Source: Gemmatimonadaceae bacterium (GTDB lineage: Bacteria > Gemmatimonadota > Gemmatimonadetes > Gemmatimonadales > Gemmatimonadaceae). From it: a stretch of 64,000 bases of DNA. The stretch is from positions 7,853 to 71,852 of the forward strand of contig JBKJHG010000142.1 of the NCBI GenBank assembly GCA_046599115.1. The letters run 5' to 3'. The position numbers and the translations under genes are program-made. The notes under the pieces are model-generated. The model had not been told where the DNA came from, did not search any database, and was given only the letters and a program-made list of their open reading frames with translations. This document shows, one piece after another, positions 57,052 to 64,000 of this stretch (its first letter is position 1; every line of letters starts with the position of its first letter).

Positions 57052-58494
57052 TTGTCAGATCCGTCTGAAGCACTAACCCCGCCTGCGATGCGCGGGGAGT
57101 TCATCAGCCCGGTTCCGCTCGCGCCGATGCGAGAGCGCGTCAGCTGGGCCCTCTACGATTTCGCGAACACGGTTTTCTCGATGAACATCGCCACGCTCTA
57201 TTTTGCTGCGTGGCTGGTTGCGGATCTCGGGCAATCGAATACGACGTACGCGATCGCCAATGGCATCGCGTCCGCCCTGGTCGTGATCTCCATTCCGATT
57301 TTCGGCGCACTGTCGGACGCCACTCAACGGCGGAAGCCGTGGGTCGTAGGGTTCACCATTCTCGCCAGCGCGGCCACGATTGTTATGGCGGCAATTGGAG
57401 AGCGCGCATTGCCACTGCTCGGCGAGGAAATTGTCACGCCGTCCGGCGCCGGCGCCGCGATCGCACCTCTTGCGCTACTAGGTGTGCTCGCCGCGTTCGT
57501 AATCGCGAACTATGCGTACCAGGGAGCGCAGCCGTTCTACAATGCGATGATGTCGGAGCTCGCGCCGTTCGAGAGAAGAGGGAAGCTCTCCGGAATGGGC
57601 GCGGCGTTCGGATACATCGGCTCAATCACCGGCGTGCTGCTGACTTATCCGTTCTTCGCGGGGTCGATTCCCTTGCTCGGAAAGATTTCTCCGTCCGTCC
57701 TCTCGCATCTGCGAAGCGTCGTTCCGTTCACGTCACCCGGAGGACGAGTCTCCACCTTCGTTCCCACCGCTATTCTCTTTCTGCTGTTCTCGATTCCACT
57801 CGCGCTGTTTTGCCGGGACCACAATGTCGTGCGCGGGAAGGCGCGAGTGCCGTGGAGGCAATCGTTCGCTGCGCTCAGAGAAACGATTCGCGAAGCGCGG
57901 CGATATCCCGGAGTCGCTCGTTTCATTCTTACGAGCTTTCTCTATCAAGACGCGATGGGAACGATCATCGCCAATATGGCGCTGTATGCAATTTTCGCGA
58001 TGGGATTCAAGAAAGGTGCGGAAGTCACCCTGTTCGTAATTCTCACCGTGCCCGCGGTGATCGGAAGTTTCCTCATCGGCAAGCTCGTCGATCGTATCGG
58101 CCCGAAGCAAACGCTGATTTACGTCATTGCCGGATGGGTCGTGCTCCTCCTCGCGATGATACTCGTCCCGTCGCGCAATGCTTTCTGGATCGTCGGGGCT
58201 TTGATCGGCTTCATATACGGCGGAGTTTCGACTGCGGAACGGCCACTCTTGCTCAGTCTCGTTCCTGATGTCGAGGCGGGGCGATTCTTCAGCCTAATGG
58301 TTCTCTCGGCGCGCGCGGCTGCCATAGTGGGGCCGTTCATCTGGGCTATCACGGTTGACAATCTCATTGCGCCGATCGGCACCGGCGCGGCATATCGCGC
58401 GGGCGTGGTCACAGTAATGCTTGGGATGCTTGGAGCGCTTTGGCTCCTGCGGCGAGTTCCGGACACCTTTCGGGCGGCAGCGGCGGCAAGATGA
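57052..58494 (+). CDS. MFS transporter (UMF1-like)
   Basis: SWALYDFANT.F, FYNAM, GKLSG.G..GY.G; 12 TM helices; start uncertain. Confidence 0.88.
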   Translation: MSDPSEALTPPAMRGEFISPVPLAPMRERVSWALYDFANTVFSMNIATLYFAAWLVADLGQSNTTYAIANGIASALVVISIPIFGALSDATQRRKPWVVGFTILASAATIVMAAIGERALPLLGEEIVTPSGAGAAIAPLALLGVLAAFVIANYAYQGAQPFYNAMMSELAPFERRGKLSGMGAAFGYIGSITGVLLTYPFFAGSIPLLGKISPSVLSHLRSVVPFTSPGGRVSTFVPTAILFLLFSIPLALFCRDHNVVRGKARVPWRQSFAALRETIREARRYPGVARFILTSFLYQDAMGTIIANMALYAIFAMGFKKGAEVTLFVILTVPAVIGSFLIGKLVDRIGPKQTLIYVIAGWVVLLLAMILVPSRNAFWIVGALIGFIYGGVSTAERPLLLSLVPDVEAGRFFSLMVLSARAAAIVGPFIWAITVDNLIAPIGTGAAYRAGVVTVMLGMLGALWLLRRVPDTFRAAAAAR

Positions 58495-59429
58495 TCTATC
58501 GCGCTCTCCGGTGGCTCTCGGGAATCTTGCTCCACTGGTTTTACTCCGAGATCCGAGTTGACGGCGGGGACAAGATTCCAACAGCAGGCCCGCTGCTAGT
58601 GGCCGTCAATCATCCAAATGCAATGGTTGACTCGCTGATCGCAGGCTGGGTTGTTCCGCAGCGGCTGCGTATCACCGCGACGGCAACGCTGCTAAGCAAT
58701 CCCGCGATCGCGCTCATGTTCAAGCTGCTCGGCGTTGTGCCGCTGAGACGCGCGCACGATGAAATGGGTCCCGTTGGCGACAGGCACCGGAATAAAGAGG
58801 CATTTAAGGAACTACACCGCGTTCTCAGCTCAGGCGGAGCTGTGCTCATTTTCCCGGAGGGGCGGAGCAACAGCGATGAGCTGCTGCCGCTCAAAACGGG
58901 GTTGGCACGGATAGCCCTAGAGGCTAAGCGAAGCGGTGTTCGCAATCTTTCGATTCTCCCGGTCGGACTGAACTTCGAAGACAAAGCAACGCCTGGAAGC
59001 CGGGTCTTGGTGCGGGTCGCCGATCCGATATCCCTCGACACGTGGCCCGGTGACTCGGCTCACGGGCTCACCGACGTCCTCTCGGCGCGGCTTTCGAGTG
59101 CTTCGCGGAAGACCGAATTCCTGCACACACAGCGGCCGCTCGAGCGGCCGAGCAGGGGATTACTGATTCGTGCTGCCAGTTGGTGGGGGAGAACGACGCA
59201 CGACATCCCGATTCGGTGTGCGAGAGCGCTGGCGGTGTCGCGAAGCAGCAGCGCCGATGAGCCGGCGATGTTGACGATGATCTTTGGAATCCTGCTAGTA
59301 CTCGCATCCTACGCGATACACATCGCTGTAATAGGACTGATCACGCGATCGGTGTTGATCTCAACGCTATATCTGGTCACTCTCATCACGGGCGCCTACT
59401 GGAGCGCGTTCGAGGGTCACCGCGGGTAG
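58491..59429 (+). CDS. PlsC-type glycerolipid acyltransferase
   Basis: NHPNAMVD (HxxxxD), IFPEGRS, LKTG; C-terminal TM helices. Confidence 0.88.
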   Translation: MIYRALRWLSGILLHWFYSEIRVDGGDKIPTAGPLLVAVNHPNAMVDSLIAGWVVPQRLRITATATLLSNPAIALMFKLLGVVPLRRAHDEMGPVGDRHRNKEAFKELHRVLSSGGAVLIFPEGRSNSDELLPLKTGLARIALEAKRSGVRNLSILPVGLNFEDKATPGSRVLVRVADPISLDTWPGDSAHGLTDVLSARLSSASRKTEFLHTQRPLERPSRGLLIRAASWWGRTTHDIPIRCARALAVSRSSSADEPAMLTMIFGILLVLASYAIHIAVIGLITRSVLISTLYLVTLITGAYWSAFEGHRG

Positions 59430-59435
59430 CCGCGG

Positions 59436-62381
59436 CTACATCTTCGTCTCAAGCCAGTTCTTTCCCAAACCGACGTCAACAACGAGGGGGACGGAAAGCG
59501 AAGCTGCGCCTTCCATTTCGCGCCGGACGAGCGCAGTTACCGCGTCCAGCTCGTTCGCAACCACCTCGAATACCAGCTCATCGTGCACCTGAAGCAGCAT
59601 CATACTCTCATACTTCGCATCGCGAAGCGACTGGTCGATTTGAATCATCGCGATCTTGATCAGGTCCGCCGCCGAGCCCTGGATCGGAGAATTCGCCGCC
59701 GTCCGCTCGCCGAACGCGCGAACGCTGAAGTTCCGCTCACGAAGCTCGGGGATGTAGCGGCGGCGGCCGAACAGGGTCTGCACATACCCGTGCTCACGCG
59801 CGAACTCGACCTGCGAATCGAGAAACTTTCTTATCTCGCTGAAGCGTTCGAAGTATTTGGAAATAAAATCCTTCGCTTCGGCGTGCTCAATCCCGAGCTG
59901 CCTCGACAGCGCGTGAGCGCCCTGTCCATATATAGTCGCGAAGTTAATTGTCTTCGCGCGTCCTCTCATTTCGCCTGTCACTTCGTCCAGCGGCACGTCA
60001 AAAATTAGAGCCGCCGTTTGTCGGTGAATATCTCCGCCTGATCGGAATGCCTGCACAAAAGCCGGATCCGCGGACAGGTGGGCGAGCAGGCGCAGCTCGA
60101 TCTGTGAATAGTCTGCGGCAAGCAGGATCCATCCGTCACGTGGAACGAATCCGCGCCGAATGTCCTTTCCGAGCTCGCGGCGAATCGGGATGTTCTGCAG
60201 GTTCGGATCGCTCGACGAAAGCCGGCCGGTGCTCGCGACCGTCTGATTGAACGATGTATGAATCCTTCCCGTCGCCGGATTGACCAGCAAGGGAAGCGTG
60301 TCGAGATAAGTGTTCTCGAGCTTAGAGAGCTCGCGGTACTCCATCAGCAGCGAAGGAAGCGCGTGTCCTTCTTCGGCGAGGTCCTTGAGCACGCTCGCGT
60401 CTGTTGAAGGGCCGGTGCTGGTTTTCTTGAGAACCGGAAGGTTCAGCTTCCCGAAAAGAATTTCCCGAAGCTGCAAGTTCGAGTTAATGTTGAACTCGGT
60501 TCCCGCCTCGGCGTAGATCTGCTTTTCGACCTGCTGCCGTTCCGCCTGGAATCGTTTCTTCAAAGAGGCGAACCAGGGCAGGTCAATGGAAACGCCCTTC
60601 CATTCCATTTCTGCGAGCACTCCGACCAGAGGCATCTCGACGTCGGAGAAGAGCTTCGTTAGCTGCTGAGATGCGAGTTGTGGCTCGAAGACGGCGCGGA
60701 GACGAAGGGTCATATCCGCGTCTTCGCAGGAGTAGTCGCGAGCCGCCTCGATCGGACATTCGTCGAAGGGAAGCGAATCCTTCCCTCGACCGCAGAGGTC
60801 CGTGTACGAGGTCATCGTATGGTCAAGGAACTCAAGAGCAAGGACATCGAGGCCGTGGGATCGCCGGCCGGGGTCGAGCACGTAACTGGCTATCATCGTA
60901 TCGAAATCGAGACCGGCTAGCCTGATTCCCGAACGGCGAAGAATCAGAACGTCGTACTTCGCATTCTGCGCTGTCTTTTTCACCAAAGGATCTTCGAGAA
61001 GTTCGCGGAGGGACGACATCTCGGGAGAATCCAGGGGGGGAAGGTTTCGAATTTCTTCGTTCTTTCGGCTTGCGATGGCGCGGGCGGCGATGCTTTGGGA
61101 AGCCGGTGTCTTCTTTTTTTTCGCTACCTTCGCCGGCTCGGGCTCGTCACCGCCGCGGATGAGCCCGCGCTCTTCGGGGGCGTCCGTCGCAGCGCGATCG
61201 CCGGGAGCATCAATGAGCAGTTCGCCTTGCGACGCCCGCGGGGACCGGTGACCGAAGGGGAAGTAGTACGCCTCGCCCGCCGCCACCGCGATAGATATTG
61301 ACACCAGGCTCGAACGAAGGGGATCGACCATCTGGGGACTTCCCGGATCGATCAGCGTCTCGGTATCAACGGAGATTGCTCCCGCCTTCCGGGCCCGCGC
61401 GACAAAGGTCTCCAGCGCCGCCGCGCTGTCCACAGTCACGTAGCTCGTGTCCGATTTTGGCGTTTTTCCACTTTCGGGAAGGCCCGTCGAGGCCTGCTTC
61501 GCGAGCGAGTGAAACTCGAGCTCGGCATACAGTGAACGAAGCTTCGCAAAATCGGGGGTCTTCAGCGAAAACGCGTCCATATCGAGCCGAACGTCCAAAT
61601 CGTCGCGAATTGTTACTAATTCTTTCGACAGGCGCGCGTTGTCGGCGTGCTCGAGCAACGCTTCGCGCGGACGCTTCTTCGTGATCTGATGAACGTTGGC
61701 GAGTATCGACTCGAGGTCGCCGTACAGTTCCACGAGCTCGACGGCTCCCTTGTCGCCGATGCCTTTCACTCCGGGAACGTTGTCGGAGGAATCTCCAACG
61801 AGCGCTAGATAATCCGTCACGCGATGTGGAGGAACGCCGAGCCGCTCCGTGGCGTTCTCGACTCCCACCCAATGCTCCTCTACGCCAGCCGGTCCGCCGC
61901 GGCCCGGATTGAGAAGCCACACTCCCGGCCGCACGAGCTGCTGGAAATCCTTGTCGCCGGAAACAACGACGACATTTAGCGAGCGCTCCACGCTTTGCCG
62001 TACCAGGGTGCCGATGACATCGTCGGCTTCGTATCCTTGCAGCGCGATGATGGGGATTCGGTAAGCCTCGAGGATCTGCGCGATGCGCTCCATGCCCCGA
62101 TCAAAGTCGGCTTGCAGCTCCTCGGTGAGCTTCTCTCTCGTCGCCTTGTACGCGGGGTAGCGTTCGTGCCGGAAGGAAAGCCCCGAGTCGTGGACCCAGC
62201 CCAAGTAGTCGGGCTTGTGACGGTCAACGAGCCGCTGGAGAAAATTCGCGATTCCCCACGCCGCTGAGGTGTTCTCGCCCTTGCTCGTGGTGAGCGGGCG
62301 GGAGATGAGAGCGAAGAAGGCGCGGTAAATCAGCGCATAGCCGTCAACCAGAAAGAGGCGAGGAGAATCCGGCAGATTCAT
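59436..62381 (-). CDS. polA: DNA polymerase I
   Basis: LFLVDG..LIYRAF, EADD, DTET exonuclease, TGRLSS.DPNLQNIP, DYSQIELR, LQVHDEL. Confidence 0.98.
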   Translation of the reverse strand: MNLPDSPRLFLVDGYALIYRAFFALISRPLTTSKGENTSAAWGIANFLQRLVDRHKPDYLGWVHDSGLSFRHERYPAYKATREKLTEELQADFDRGMERIAQILEAYRIPIIALQGYEADDVIGTLVRQSVERSLNVVVVSGDKDFQQLVRPGVWLLNPGRGGPAGVEEHWVGVENATERLGVPPHRVTDYLALVGDSSDNVPGVKGIGDKGAVELVELYGDLESILANVHQITKKRPREALLEHADNARLSKELVTIRDDLDVRLDMDAFSLKTPDFAKLRSLYAELEFHSLAKQASTGLPESGKTPKSDTSYVTVDSAAALETFVARARKAGAISVDTETLIDPGSPQMVDPLRSSLVSISIAVAAGEAYYFPFGHRSPRASQGELLIDAPGDRAATDAPEERGLIRGGDEPEPAKVAKKKKTPASQSIAARAIASRKNEEIRNLPPLDSPEMSSLRELLEDPLVKKTAQNAKYDVLILRRSGIRLAGLDFDTMIASYVLDPGRRSHGLDVLALEFLDHTMTSYTDLCGRGKDSLPFDECPIEAARDYSCEDADMTLRLRAVFEPQLASQQLTKLFSDVEMPLVGVLAEMEWKGVSIDLPWFASLKKRFQAERQQVEKQIYAEAGTEFNINSNLQLREILFGKLNLPVLKKTSTGPSTDASVLKDLAEEGHALPSLLMEYRELSKLENTYLDTLPLLVNPATGRIHTSFNQTVASTGRLSSSDPNLQNIPIRRELGKDIRRGFVPRDGWILLAADYSQIELRLLAHLSADPAFVQAFRSGGDIHRQTAALIFDVPLDEVTGEMRGRAKTINFATIYGQGAHALSRQLGIEHAEAKDFISKYFERFSEIRKFLDSQVEFAREHGYVQTLFGRRRYIPELRERNFSVRAFGERTAANSPIQGSAADLIKIAMIQIDQSLRDAKYESMMLLQVHDELVFEVVANELDAVTALVRREMEGAASLSVPLVVDVGLGKNWLETKM

Positions 62382-62448
62382 TCGAGCAATATAAAGCGCC
62401 ACGCCGAAGTGGCGGTGGCGCTCGGTGTCGATCGCTTCCGGACCGTCG

Positions 62449-63825
62449 CTAGCGCGCCATTTTCCGCGTCATCACCGCCCAAAACTCATTCTCGCTGGCC
62501 CGCGTCAAGCGCCAGCGCCCGGAGTCTTCATAGAATACGAGCTGCGTCCGGTATTGCTGATATGTCCATAATTGAACTCTCGTGCTTTCACCAATCTGTG
62601 TTCGCGTCGTTCCCTGATTGACGTTGCGGTCGCTCACGAGCGACGGTTCGCCGAGAGCAACGAACACCATTCCACGATCAGATAACCAGCCTGGGTTTCT
62701 GTCGTTGGCGAACTGAACGTTCGCTTGGCGAATTCGGCCGAAGTAGGACTCCATTTCTTCGTTGACCGACGTTTCCGGAATGGGGTCGGTATCGCGGAGG
62801 AACGCGGCCCAGACCGATGCACGCTGCGGAGGGGGCGCGTCTCTCAGCGGCCGAAGCCTCCATTCGGGCGCGAAGAATCGCAGATACTCGATCATGTTCT
62901 GGAACGACATGATCGGAATGTCTTCTCCGAAGCTTACAAAAATCGGAATGCTTGTCGTATCCGCCGATCCCTTGCGCGAGAACGTCAGCTTGGAGATGCC
63001 GAGCCCGACCGCCGAGATGGGAACCTGGACTGCGCCGGAAAGCGCCGCGCCGGTCCGCGTGAGTACCGCCGAGTCGGCAAAGACGCGCGAGTGCGTATCG
63101 TCGGTGACCACATAGCTAATGGGAAGCCTGTCGCCGCCGCCGTATGCCTCGAGGAACACGGATACGAGGCTATCCCGCCCGAAAACCGCCGTCGAGCGCG
63201 GGCTTGCGAGAAGTCGCGGCGCCGAGTCGAGGCTCAAGCGCGGCGTCACCTCGTAGATGAGAACGGGAGTTGAAAAACCGGTTGCGGAGATTCTTGGAAC
63301 CGTTACCTGCGCATCCTGGGTCGCCGTGCGAGCGCCCCCAACGTCGCGGAGCACGAGAGACAAGGAGTAGTTGCCCGGCGGTACACGAAAGGCGTGCTGA
63401 AAGATCACGCTCTCGTCGGAGCGGTTGATCTCCTTGAAGGTGCCGACGCGAACGACTTCGAGGGCGTTGACAGCCCCGACTTCGGCGTCGCCGCGAGCCA
63501 GGCGGAGGTGAACCTCGTACGGAGCGCTGTAGCGATCGCCCTCCCGGGCGAAGGTTAGCGCGCGGTTCGGGAGCGAAACGCTCGTCAGCAGCAGCGTCGT
63601 ATCCGGAGACTTCGTCGCAAAGAAGGTGGTTTTTCCAACGAATGAAATCGGCGGAGGCGCGGCGAGGAGTCCCATCTGTCTGTAAAACTCGCTTGCGTTG
63701 CCGGGTGTTACGCTGACGGGGAGACCGCGATCACGGGGGGCGGAAATCGCTGGCGGCGGGCCACACGCGACGATTGCCGTGACGAGAAGAAGAGGCGAGA
63801 TCAGCAGCCTGGAGCGCGTCATCAT
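62449..63825 (-). CDS. GWxTD domain lipoprotein
   Basis: W...DP.PET..NE...YF.RI..AN, GWLSDRGMVF..LGEP; lipobox IVAC. Confidence 0.85.
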   Translation of the reverse strand: MMTRSRLLISPLLLVTAIVACGPPPAISAPRDRGLPVSVTPGNASEFYRQMGLLAAPPPISFVGKTTFFATKSPDTTLLLTSVSLPNRALTFAREGDRYSAPYEVHLRLARGDAEVGAVNALEVVRVGTFKEINRSDESVIFQHAFRVPPGNYSLSLVLRDVGGARTATQDAQVTVPRISATGFSTPVLIYEVTPRLSLDSAPRLLASPRSTAVFGRDSLVSVFLEAYGGGDRLPISYVVTDDTHSRVFADSAVLTRTGAALSGAVQVPISAVGLGISKLTFSRKGSADTTSIPIFVSFGEDIPIMSFQNMIEYLRFFAPEWRLRPLRDAPPPQRASVWAAFLRDTDPIPETSVNEEMESYFGRIRQANVQFANDRNPGWLSDRGMVFVALGEPSLVSDRNVNQGTTRTQIGESTRVQLWTYQQYRTQLVFYEDSGRWRLTRASENEFWAVMTRKMAR

Positions 63826-63874
63826 TGAGAAGTCTACCCTATCCCGTTCAAGTTGTTTCTATTAGCTTCGCCGC

Positions 63875-64000
63875 GTGTCTCGCGATAATCTCGTCTCCGC
63901 CACGCTTTCCGGATATACACTCAAGAAGGAAGTGGGCGAAGGCGGCACGTCTGCGGTCTATCTAGCTGACCACCCAAATCATGGCACCGTAGCGCTCAAA
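63875..64000 (+). CDS. serine/threonine protein kinase, 3'-truncated by window edge
   Basis: Manual translation MSRDNLVSATLSGYTLKKEVGEGGTSAVYLADHPNHGTVALK shows Hanks subdomains I-II. Confidence 0.8.
   Translation, partial: MSRDNLVSATLSGYTLKKEVGEGGTSAVYLADHPNHGTVALK

Noticed and set aside
57210-58268. 352-aa alternative-frame ORF in the MFS gene
   Set aside because: Arg/Ser-rich off-frame product with no motifs
1-64000. Prophage, IS element, defence island, tRNA/rRNA or oriC
   Set aside because: No integrase, transposase, phage, cas or restriction genes, no cloverleaf and no TTATCCACA cluster recognised by eye; small RNAs could have been missed

Overview
GC-rich bacterial chromosomal segment, densely coding (about 64 CDS). 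Gene content and style (futalosine-pathway mqnD, GWxTD protein, many secreted peptidases, Hanks kinase) suggest Gemmatimonadota, which is an inference. It is probably origin-proximal: it carries mnmG, two parS palindromes, parA-parB and polA, but no dnaA or DnaA-box cluster was seen. Other blocks are a GAF-GAF-PAS kinase / REC-HD-GYP pair behind mqnD, Ku-LigD NHEJ, a divergent argCBD / argR-argG-argH cluster with ARG boxes, ispG, murB and an M16 peptidase pair. No tRNA, rRNA, CRISPR array, transposase or integrase was recognised. The most unusual items are: an orphan plasmid-type replication-initiator-like gene with no mobile context; a small HTH/AT-hook gene whose start codon sits in a 32-bp AT-rich palindrome; an acidic + AT-hook + H1-like polyampholyte protein; a perfect Rex-type operator ahead of a blue-copper lipoprotein; a 16-bp duplication of the argG start; and several apparent pseudo-enzymes. 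All calls come from motif recognition by eye, with no database searches.
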